Positions 47,901-60,157 of a stretch of DNA of 64,000 nt are shown piece by piece. The notes beneath the pieces were generated by a model, which was not told the DNA's origin, did not search any database, and saw only the letters and a program-made list of their open reading frames with translations. Origin of the DNA: Octopus sinensis. Lineage: Eukaryota. Each line of letters begins with the position of its first letter. Within the stretch, counting starts at the first letter, position 1. A program made the translations under genes and the position numbers. The stretch spans positions 58,032,001 to 58,096,000 of the forward strand of contig NC_042997.1 of NCBI RefSeq assembly GCF_006345805.1, given 5' to 3'.

Positions 47901-50900
47901 AAGGTGTTTTCATTCCACTTGTCTTCAAAAGTAAAGAACTTGCAAATGATTATTGACAAATATCAATATTACCATCTACAGTTCAGTGCTTTTTTTATAT
48001 GAATTGTCGAATGTAAATGTACAGATGCATACTTCTGCTAGCATAGAAAAATGAATGAGAAACACACAAATGAATGATTAAAAGGATACATAAATTCTTG
48101 CCGTGGGTATTTAATGTTCACTGAAATAATAAATGGCATTTTGGCCCCACGTCCAATGGTCCAAGCATAGTAAGGTTCTATCAATTTGGTGGTCACTGGA
48201 AAGAAACAGAAAATTTAGTGCACTGTTATGATAAGGTAAAATATAACAAAACTGATTTCATTTTGTATTTATTTTCTCATGATAGCATGGGTGTGATGGT
48301 TTTGAAAAATGTTGATGTTATAATACTGTTGATGTTTTAAAAATTGGTGACAGGATAAGCATCTAACTGTGTCTGAAGTCATTGTACTTGGGAACTTTAT
48401 CTTTATTGCACATGGCTCCTCTTTGCTCTTGTATTCCTTTCAACCTGAGACTGGTGTCTTAAACACAAATTCATCTGTCATCCTGAAATGTCTGTACTAG
48501 TTCATATCCAAACCTAACCATATCTCAAACACATATTCTGACATACCAGACAACTGTGAACTCTTTCTGCTATTGGATATTTCTCTATCACTAAGAGTAG
48601 TATAAATCTTGTTGTCAATGAGTTAATTCTTTCTGCTGTCAGCATTATGTGAAGGCTACCACTAGATGTAATTGTTTTAACTGAAAATCCTTATGTCAAT
48701 TAGTTATTTTTGTGTAATCTACAGCTGCTGGCAATAGTGTAATATGGCTTTTACATATAACTTTCTTGAACTGTTTACTATTCAGTATAGAAGTTCAAGT
48801 TTGAAACAAGATGGATGATAAAACATATATAAACACCATATATTATGAAAGAGATTGTCAATTTCTTAATTATTTGACAGGCGATAAAATTTGGTTAAAA
48901 CAATTTTCAGACAAAAGCTTTTATAAAATTTATACTAGAACACATATTTAACCACAGCTCATATATTTCTCACCCTTGCACACTTGTAGATAGATGTTAA
49001 ACTGATAATAATGATGATTTCAATGCTTTTCAAACAATATATTTGTGAGAATAGGAATGATGACATTAATAATGTGCTGAATGTTTATGATGATGATAAC
49101 AATACCACTTTCTTTACTGCACATGTAAAAAAAAAAAACAATAAATATGAGCTATGTAAAAAAATTGCCAATGAGATATTTGACAAATAAATCAAGGTTA
49201 TTATCATGTTTTGATACCTGTCCACTGACATAATGCGCCCCAGTTCAGACTACCAAACTACCAACACAACAAGTGTCCAGCTCTAATAAATTTCATTTTC
49301 CTAGTGGTTAATTGATGGTTGTAGGAGCAATTTATCTTCAAAAGTTGTTTAACATATCTCTTTTGTTTATGATTGCATCTGAACTAAGATAATTACTAGT
49401 TCTAGGAATATGGAGTTAATAATATAGGAGTTTTTTGCAGAAATATAAAACCTGGAAATGTTTAGGAAGCTAAGGAAAATGACACCTCATCTTGGTGGTC
49501 TAAAGTGAGAATGGTAATGTAAGCAGTCTCAACTAAGACCAACCATGTAGGTGGTTTAAACTAAAATTAGGCAAATAAGTGAACTAAACTGAGACTAAAC
49601 TAGAACATGTCAAATAGGTTGGTTACACTGAGAAATGTAGCATTATATCAAAACAAAAAGTTTGGCTATATTAGGACAAATAGATAAATCAAAATAGATG
49701 AAATTGGTGGAGTAAACTAGTAAGTGGAGTAAAGAATGGCAGCTAAGGAAGTTAAAGTAGCACTTCTCAGGAGATTAAATAAGGATGAATAGGTGGCCAA
49801 AATTATAAAAATAAAAATAATCTAAAACAAATAGGGGAACTAAATAAAGAAAAGTGAGTGACTAAAATAGAGCAAATAGGGGAAAAGACTTGGACAAATA
49901 GGTGATTAGACTAGGACACTCGACAGGTGTTAAATGAAGCAAGATATTGTTCCTCCAGCAAATTTTTACAAAAGAATGAACATACCATTTCTTTCATGAT
50001 ACTTCTTCAGGATATTAGACAAATCATAAGCTGAGGCATATACACTGTCAGAATCAATTATGGATGTCTGGAAATGAATGGGAGAACAGATTGAATTATA
50101 TACATTGAAAGTATGTTAGTTAATATATCTCATGAAATATTGCGTCAAGATGAATTATATAACATAGAGTTTGTTTTACAGCAATTTTGCATATCTAATC
50201 ATCATCATCGTTTAATGTCCATTTTCCATGCTAGCATGGGTTGGACGGTTTGACCGGAGTCTGGGAAGCCAGGAGGCTGCACCAGGCTCCAGTCTGATCT
50301 GGCAGTGCTTCTACAGCTGGATGCCCTTCCTAACGCCAACCACTCCGTGAGTGTAGTGGGTGCTTTTTACATGCCACCGGCACAGAAGCCAGTCCAGGTG
50401 GCGCTGGCATCGGCCACGTTCGGATGGTGCTTTTTACATGCCACCGACACAGGTATCACAACCACAATTTCCATTTGATATTTATTTTGATATGATTATA
50501 AGTATAATTTCCATATTCTTTGCTTGGTTATTATCATTTAAGCAAAATTGGTAAAATGTTGGATAAAATCTCATATACTATTGCATTAAGTCCCAGAGCC
50601 AAAAATTGGATCCAGTGAAGTACTGAGATCAATTAAATCAACCATATTCCTCCCACTAAATCTGAAGTCTTGAACATATACTAGAAATGATCACCTCCTT
50701 TTGTTCTTGTTAACATCATTAGAACCAACAATACAATTATCATTGTCCTCATATACCAGCAGCACAATAATACTCATTACTCATTATTATGTCTATATCA
50801 TTGCCGATGTAATATTCCTCTTTCTCCTCTTCCCTCCATTGGTACCACCACAACCACCATACTCACAACTGTAGTTAACATTACCAATCATTAGTCTGCA

Positions 50901-53900
50901 GTTGATGACTTATGACTGACTGACATTGGAAAGCAAATTCACATGAACATAATTCCAAACAAAAAAGAATTGATTACAAACCCCTAAAAGTCAAGAGATC
51001 AACTTCTGCTAACGGCAATTTATTGTGCCAATTTGGCAAACTGTTCCACCTAAATTGTATCCTTAGGCAATTACTACAACTAAATGAAATTCTTGATAAG
51101 AATTAATAAGATAGGATCCCCACATACTTAAATAATTACTTTCTCAATCCTAAATTTAAAGACAATTGTTTTAAGACTTAACTATAGTTTGTGCTTTCAA
51201 ATATTGCTACCATTATCGCTTTGTATTCTTGGATACAGCACATTATCATTTTACATCATTTTACCATATTTGCATGGGTTGTGCAAGTCTTCGTATGTAC
51301 AGCACATCACACTAGTTGGTGAGATCCTGCATCAGATCTCATCTTCATCCTCTCCTGAGATCAGCTTTCACCATTTCTTCCTATGCCTTTCTTGGTCTTC
51401 CTCTTCCACAAGCTCCAATTGGTTTTAGAAACTTCTTTCTCATTAAATAATTAATATTAAGAAAGGGGGTATAAAACCAAAGTCTTTCTACTGTAGAAAT
51501 ATTGGGTTCTGCAAAGCCATCCAACCAATGTAAAGGTGAAAAATAATCATCATAATTTTTTTTTGTTTAATCTTTTGTTTACTTATTAACATATTTTTAC
51601 AGGAATAGGAAGGAGTAACAAGTTGTACACCCCAGATTAAACGGTGTGTGCAGCCATGCTTTGTGAACATAACTGCAAAGACATTGCCATGGAGAGTAAC
51701 CAGCAATACTCACTGCAACAACTACTCCATCTTGCAGGGATCATTTCTCAGAGGGGCTGTAGTTATCCTGATTTGTGGAGAAATCAACAGTGCAGGATCC
51801 AAGAGCACCTGATGGTGACTAGCACAAACATACTAGATAGTCTAGATAGTGACTAGCACAAACAAACAATGGCTGGTTAGGCTCCTGTATTTGTTTATCT
51901 TCCTCTCCTCTGCATTACGAGTTGCAGCATTTTGCAGTTTGTCTCCCTCATATAAGAAGTTTACAGCATCGAAATGCTTACTATCCTTGCAGTCAAGACC
52001 TACTGGCTTCAGTTGTGACATGAAGCCAGCTGTGTGGAAGCCCCTTCTAATTATACCATTCAGGGTGGCATGTCAGGAGAACCCGCCTGCACTATGGCTG
52101 CAAAATAATTGATGTAGGCTGAATTCATTGACTACAGTTCCATAATGGCATTTGTGTGGCTCACACACAGACCAAGGTGCTGAGCCACCTTGATACGAGT
52201 GGACTCATCATCAAGATGGTTAATGAAGAAGGGATTGTATTGAGCTATGCACCACTGTTTGACTGTGAAGCAGAATGGAGATGGGCAAGACAGCACTGGT
52301 CTAAGGATGTCTCATTCTGCCTGAAGATAGATTTTGATTTGATGTCATTGCAGTTACATTAGACACCTGTATTCTGGGGGATGGCAAGACCTTCAATGGT
52401 CAAATTGGCCAGAGCTGTCTATTCCAGTTCCTGGGTCACATTGAGTTCAGTCATCCTGTCGGGTGTTTTGTTGATGAGGATGTGGCTGGAGGAGATTGAG
52501 GAAAAGATCATCTACCAGAGCCAAGTCAATAGGGGAATTGAAGCCAAGGCCACTGAACTTAACAGGTAGTTTAGCCTGTTGCTAGCTGGTGCTGTCAAAA
52601 CTGACATTGCAGATCAGTTCAGCACAACAACTGATGGTGGCATTGAGTTGCCTGAGGCAATCTGTGAGAGGATGACATGGCATGCTACATAGTGAGAAAA
52701 GGAGCTTAGGCAGAGCAAAACAATTCCTCAAAAGGAACAGCGTGGGGTGGTGGTGTCAATGAGAGGCAATCTCTCAGACATCCTAGACAAGTCTGCAAGC
52801 TTAGTCTCCAGGGACTTTGTTATGGCTTTCAGGAGGATTGAGAAGCCAAGAATGCAGATGGCATCTCCTGGAGTCAGATGAGCCCCTGTCAAGATGGGTT
52901 GGATGCTGAATATGGTGTCCTAGAAATCAACCTCATCACAGTTCAAGTTTATCACCTCTGACTTGGGCAGGTTGATCTCAAATCTAAGAAGCTTTAGGGC
53001 TGGGATGACCTGCTGAAAGTCCCCAACTACAGACACAGCTGAGCCAGCCAGGGTCACGTCATCCAGGTACCAGACACTGAAGGGTCAGTGGACTGGTTGG
53101 GCAACATCACTGACAACCAACACAAAAAGGAGTGGACCATGAAGGTCATCTTGCTGGACACCTGTGGAAAAAGGAACCCTGTTGTCAGCAGCCATGAGTG
53201 TGCTGGATGTTCCAGTCTTGCAAGCTGTTGGTAGCAAGTACCTGGTCTATAGATGACGCTAGTGCTTCAGTCACAAAAGTATGGGCAGCTTTGGGGATTC
53301 TGATGATGATTCTCTGCCACTGTGTAAAGCCGGAGATTGACACCAAGACTCATCTTGGCTGAGTGGGGTCTGCTCATAGTATTGAGAAGTATATTCTCCT
53401 CTGGAGGTTAGGCAGCTTGGGCAGTGCCACCAATGCAGAGATTCCAAGGTGCATCGGGTGAGTTTGACACAAGAGAGGTGGAAGAAATTGTTACAACAGT
53501 TACAGCATTTTCTTCCCTATACACACACACATAATATATATATATATATTGCTGACTGGCCCCTGTGCCAGTGGCACATAAAAGCACCCACTACACTCTC
53601 GGAGTGGTTGGCGTTAGGAAGGGCATCCAGCTGTAGAAACTCTGCCAGATCAAGATTGGAACCTGGTGCAGTCATCTGGTTCGTCAGCCCTCAGTGAAAT
53701 TGTCCAACCCATGCTAGCATGGAAAGCGGACGTTAAACGACAACGACGACGATGATGATGATGCTTGTTAAGCATCTTTACGCTTCGTACAAATTTATAA
53801 TTCATAGCTATTTAATGCTATTGTGCCTGCAATCCACCTCTGTCACTGCTGGTGTGATACCATCAATTTAAAAATTTATCCACAGATGATATGAACAGTA

Positions 53901-54545
53901 GTGACATCTGAATACAAATCTCAGTGTTTGAATGCCTTGCTTATATATATATATATATATATATCATCATCATCATCATCATCATTTAACGTCTGCTTTC
54001 CATGCTAGCATGGGTTGGACGGTTCAACTGGGGTCTGGGGAGCCCGAAGGCTGCACCAGGCCAGTCAGATCTGGCAGTGTTTCTACAGCTGGATGCCCTT
54101 CCTAACGCCAACCACTCCGAGAGTGTAGTGGGTGATTTTATGTGCCACCGACACAGGTGCCAGACGAGGCTGGCGAATGGCGACGCTCGGATGGTATTTT
54201 TTATGTGCCACCAACACAGGTGCCAGACGAGGCTGGCAGACGGCCACGCTCGGATGGTGTTTTTATGTGCCACCGACACAGGTGCCAGATGAGGCTGGCG
54301 AATGGCCACGATCGGATACAGCACGGAGGCCAGTCGATGCGGTACTGGCTACGGCCACGTTCGGATGGTTTTCTTGTGTGCCACCGGCACTGGTACCACA
54401 AAGATACAAATTCCATTGATGTTCATCTATTTTGATTTGTTTTGATTTGATTTGATTTGATTTGAAACATACACTTATGCCTATACATACATATATATAT
54501 GTTTAAAAACCGTTCATTTAATTTGGTTTGAGGGTAGTGATCCTA

Positions 54546-54578
<33 letters not shown>

Positions 54579-57500
54579 TACAATAAATATATTATGTGTT
54601 ATGTATATGAATTAAAATTTAAAAAAATTTCATTAAATATCTTAAAATGGAAATGAAATTACAGAAAGATACAGGAATGTAAAATAAATGTCAATCCTCT
54701 TATTTGTCTGTCTCTCAGCCAACATGATTAATAAGAAGCAAAATGGCTTTTAGAAGGAAAAGAAAAAAATAATGAAACAAAAGGCTGTCCAAGGAAAAGC
54801 TTAAAGTCTAATAAATTCACAGAAAAATTACTCTGTTAAAAAAAAAAAACAGAAAAAAAAAACTCATCAAAAAGACAAACTCGCTTTTATTGTGTTTATT
54901 TTCTTTTTTGTAAGAAAGGACATTCAGTCTACAAGAGGTGAATTTCTAGCTAAAAGGTATTAGTGACACAAAATGTTTGGAAATTCCTCACTGAAGAAAA
55001 TTCTTCTAAGATATATGATAAATAGGGCAGCGTTGCCTTGTTAAAAATTACAGCATAATGTTTGTTGTTTTGATTCTGAAGTGGATTTAATGTGTGAGTG
55101 TAGATCAGACAGGACCTTTTGCTAGAAACAACAGTCCAAATTAATGCTGTCACAAATATGAAACCAATGTTAAAGCTCTAACAATGAGTATTGGTATGAA
55201 TTACCAAACTTAACTGTGTGATAATATTTTTAAAGGTCATGGAGTTTTAGTTGCATTAACAGTTGTTGCTATTTTTGTTAAGCATCAGGCTGACTCTTAC
55301 TGAGAAGACATGTTAGAGGTATTTCATCTGAGGCCATCACTTTTCCTCATTTTTTTAATATTAAGTATTACAATTTCTGAAGTATAAATATTCTGTTTTT
55401 TTCTAGTGGTTGTTCACAAAAGGAAAAAATGTTGCAAGCATTGGGAAAATGCATGAACGTTGCTATTGCTCTATTTTGTTGAGCATGGCTTTCTTCTTGC
55501 TGTGCTTGGAAACAATCCACATAAGTAGTCAGTAAATAACTATTACAGACTTACCAATCACCACAATCTTCCAATAACCTTATCTTTAACATGTTAAAAG
55601 TGTTATACACAAATGTTCACTTGTCATACACTCAAGCTGGGTTATCAATAGTGGTCCATATAACAAACATTCTCTTAGATACAGATTCAGTGATGTTTAG
55701 CAAATGAAACATTAACCTCTCTCCTCAAAAGAGGATATCATTTCAGCTTTCCATAATGGAAAAATAGCAGTTACAATCACCATCACCATCGTTTAGCATC
55801 TATTATCCATGCTGGCATGGGGTGGATGGTTTGACAGGAGCAGGCCAGTTGGAGAGTTGTCCAGATTCCAGTTATTTGTTGTGGCAAGGTTTCTATGGTT
55901 GGATGCCCTTCCTAACACTAACTATTCTACAGAGTGTGTTGGGTGCATTTTACATGCCATCATTACAATAGTAAACAAAATAAAACAAATATTAAAAGAA
56001 GAGGGTGATTTATCTGTAGTAGAAAGGAGAACAATTACATCATTAAACTTACATTAAACCGTATATTATTGCCTTTATAGTGAAGTGGTATTCTCTGTAC
56101 AGTTTCCAATGTACCATACACATTTATTTTGGCACCTGGTATTACAGATGAATGATGAATATATGCCATAGAATTCATAGTTATTGAACCGTGCTTCTGC
56201 AAAAAGAAAGACAATAAGGAATTTAAATGTCATGTTATATAACCTGTTAGGAACATTACTAAATTGATTACTACAGTAACTTGCTATTGCTATTTATTAA
56301 GTCCTTAATAGGATTTTGAGCTTAGCACAGCAAAGCAACAAAATACTTGAGAATTAAAGTGTTTTCATGGCATTACAACTGACAGTTAAGCACATGGAGG
56401 GTTGTATGTCTTTGCCAGTGCGAAGATATGAACCCTCAATACCTTAGTTGATAGACTGGTATGCTATTGAATTGAGTGCGTGCAATACAGTCAATATTTT
56501 AAAACAAAAAGTCTGTTCATGGGTAAAAGGCTGGCGATTTGTATCTAGTGGGTTTGTTACTGAAAGCCAGTGTCTTGAGATTCATGCTGAGTGTTGATAG
56601 CTAGTAGAGTGGTAATCTATACTTGGTGGAAGCACATAAGTCATTGATAGCTACTGAACTGATTGTTGATAGCTAGTGTATTGGGAGTTTGAAACAAATG
56701 ATATATTTGTTGACAGATTGTAAGGTACTAAAATTCTCCTGAAATTAAATACAGAGAAAAATACTTCATAATAAATATTACCTTTCACGAGTGCCTTGAA
56801 TATTGTTTTCAAGTCTTACTAAAAAACTAAATACATTTAACCCTTCAGGATTCAGATTACTCTTTTAAATGTAATGCTTATTTATTGTTTTGAATTAATC
56901 ATGTATTATCTCATAGCTTTGAGATTTTGATGAGGTGACTGTCTATTTTTAAAACGACATTGTAGGGTATGTGTGAAAAGCCAAATCTGGCCAGTTTGAA
57001 TATTAGAGTTGGATATAGCCAGTTTAAATACTAATGGGTTAATGCTGCCCTACTTTCTTACTGCTAAATGAGGTAAAACAGAGAATTTCTTGCCACTGTG
57101 GAAACCATGCCATTTCAAAAAGACTTGCCAACCCCACAAAATCTTCTTATAACCCTATCTCTAACATGTTAAAAGGTGTGATACACAAAATGTTCACTTG
57201 TCATACATTCATGCTGATTTCCAAAGAGTAGTCCATATAACAAAAACATTTTACATACATTATCCTGTTTCTGTTACAGGTTATCAATTGAAGGAGGTCG
57301 TTGAGTGTGAATCAATAGAGTTAAAACTGTTTCTAATTTCAATGATATGAAATATTTAATACTGAACTTACATGCAATTCATAATGGAAAAACAGTAACA
57401 TTTCAATGGCAACGACATTTTCTGAATCATATAGTGGCACTTCAAGGGTAAGCTGTAAGTTATCCAATTTCCCATCACCATTTATGTCTTCTTCCACTGA

Positions 57501-57811
57501 CTGCAATATTTACAATGAATCTTTTTAAAAATAAGCTCTTTGCAATATCCAAATAAACAACTACATAAATAAAAACAAAATTTAGTTCAGTTTTATATTT
57601 AAGAGACGAGGAATTATGTACATTATTTACATTTGACGGATATTTGTCCTCATCTTGTTTGTTATTAACACAATGTTTTGGCTGATATACCCTCCAGCCT
57701 TCATTAGGTATCTTGGGGAAATTTTGAACATGGGTTCTCATTCTTAAGGTGGTGGTGGTGGTGGTGGTGTTGTTGTTGTTCTTCTTCTTCTTATTATTAT
57801 TATTATTATTA

Positions 57812-57865
<54 letters not shown>

Positions 57866-60098
57866 AGTCACTGCTTGGAATCTAACTTGGAATCTTGGGT
57901 TTAGTAGCCTGTGCTTTTAACCACTAAACCATATGCCCGTGGGCAATTATGGAGTGAATTTTAGGGCTTATAAATCTAATATTTTCCTATCCTTCCTTAA
58001 TACAGGTTCCCATATGCTACTCATATCTGCTTAGGAGGTTGTTGTGTCCTAGCATATGTGCTGCTTCTTTTAGTTTTTGTATTTTCCAGTGGTGTTCTCT
58101 GTTTATTATTTTAACTTCATCCCACAAGGGGAGATGGTCTCCATTTTTCCATACATGATCAGCTATACCTGATTTATCAATATCTTCTCATGTCACAGCT
58201 TTGTGATGTTTGTCTACCCTTATTTTGAGGGGATGGCATGTTTCACCTTTGTATAAGCTACCACAGCTGCATGAGATGGAGTACATGCAGTCTTTGATAG
58301 CTATTGATAAATTGGGTATAGCTGATCATGTATGGAAAATGGAGACTATCTCCACCTGTGGAATGAAGTTAAAATAATAGACAGAGAACACCACTGGAAA
58401 ATACGAAAACTAAAAGAAGCAGCACATATGCTCAGACACAACAACCTCCTAAGCAGACTGTGTGCAGATATGAACAGCATATGGGAACCGGTATTAAGGA
58501 AGGATAAAAGAATATTAGATTTATATGCCCTGGAATTCACTCCATAATTGCCCATGGGCATATGGCGTTAAGAGTGTGGGCTACTAACCCCAAGATTCTG
58601 AGTCCAATTCTAAGCAGTGACCTGAATAATGATAATAACATCGAAAAATACCTTAGGAATGAGAACCCAGGTTCGAAATTTCCCCAAAACACCTGATGAA
58701 GGCTGGAGGGTATATCAGCTGAAATGTTGTGTTAACGACAAACAAGATGAGGACAAATACCCATCAAATATAAATAATGTATAAAATTTAGGTCACCTCT
58801 TTTGTTCAAGAATTAGAATCTTTACAATTCTTAGTTATAGTTCTTACAATTTTTGTACACAGTATTTTGAATCTTCTATAGCATCCTATTTTGGAATTTC
58901 ATATCCTCAACATAGCTACAAATGTGTTGGAGAGTTTGAGCTTCCTGTTTCAGAGCTTTGGACTATTCTACCCCTTTTGTTTACTAAACTTTAAAAAGTT
59001 CAGCTGTTGCTGGCATCACCACCATTGCCATTTCTAAACCAAAACCAACATACTAACACTCAAACCTGATGAAGAAGCCAATATATAATCTCTCAACCTG
59101 TCACAAATAGCCAAATTCCCTCTAAATTAATCCTTGTCTTCCAGGAAGAATACACTGGAATACATGTAGTTCTAGATAGACAAAATGACGGCATGGTCAT
59201 AGCTGGAATGCCTTTTTTATCACTTAGTTTAAAGTAAAACAGGCAATTTAAGAATGATGAGAGAAAAAGAGGAATTTATCCTTAAATCAAGAGGTCTGGT
59301 TTAAATACTTGGTTGCATTTAGTAGAATGAACCCTACTTTGGTTCTCAAGGACCAGGTGCTGGTTTTAAACTGGGTAACAGGTTAAACCTATTATCCAAG
59401 AACTCAGAATACAAAGAGCTGAAACAGATACTACAAGGTATCTTGTTCAACATGCTATGAATTTTCCCAATCCACTGCCTTGGACTGGTATTTTATTTTA
59501 TTAACTCTGAAAGGAAGAAAGATACACTGAATACTGCTGAATCAAGGTTTTAAACCAGTGGTTTGCAACTGGATTCCATATGACCTTTGGGGGTCTATAC
59601 AAGATTTCATTGTTAAAAATTATGTGCAATAAATTGGTTATACTTTTACAGTACATGAAATATTTCAGCCATTTCTTTTTGTACAATGCCTAATAATATA
59701 TAATTATAAAAAAATAATAGGATTTTAAAAACATTGCATGGCTATGAGGGTCCACCCAAGTAAAATATGGATAAAAGGGGCCCATAGGTAAAAATAGCTG
59801 AGAACCATTGTTCTAAACAACATTTATTTTACAATGGTTGGAAATATTCTGATGTGTAGATACATCCCTGCTTTGTCAGCCTAGAGAAACAAATAGTAAA
59901 GTAATGATGATGATTATAATGGCAAAAGCTGGATTAATATACAGCATGGGCCAAAAGTCATGCACAAAATATGTTCAATACATTCCAGAATTGTTAAAAG
60001 GCATGCTTCTATTTTTCTAAAATTGAATAAAATAAATAAAATGATGATGACTACACACCTACTTGTACATGATAAACTAAATGAACAACAACAACAAC

Positions 60099-60157
<59 letters not shown>

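Larger units (their letters stand above)
41952..48089 (-). other. TMEM231: U12-type (minor spliceosome) intron, TMEM231 intron 6
   Basis: 5' splice site GTATCCTTTT (48089-48080) and branch site TTCCTTGAC (41969-41961) both match the U12 consensus. Confidence 0.88.
55560..57250 (+). repeat. About 120-bp diverged direct repeat (55560-55675 and 57133-57250) flanking TMEM231 exon 4
   Basis: Shared TAACATGTTAAAAG...AATGTTCACTTGTCATACA...GTCCATATAACAAA. Confidence 0.75.

Noticed and set aside
48540-48700. Frame reading FILLLVIEKYPIAE resembling TMEM231 exon 6
   Set aside because: The real exon 6 at 48195-48090 fits better in sequence, length and splice sites.
54135-54395. Possible CRISPR-like repeat array
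   Set aside because: Eukaryotic DNA, no unique spacers, no cas genes; the units belong to the RTE 3'UTR.
54950-55153. ORF superficially like TMEM231 exons 4-5
   Set aside because: The true exons with correct lengths and splice sites are at 56196-56053 and 50067-49986.
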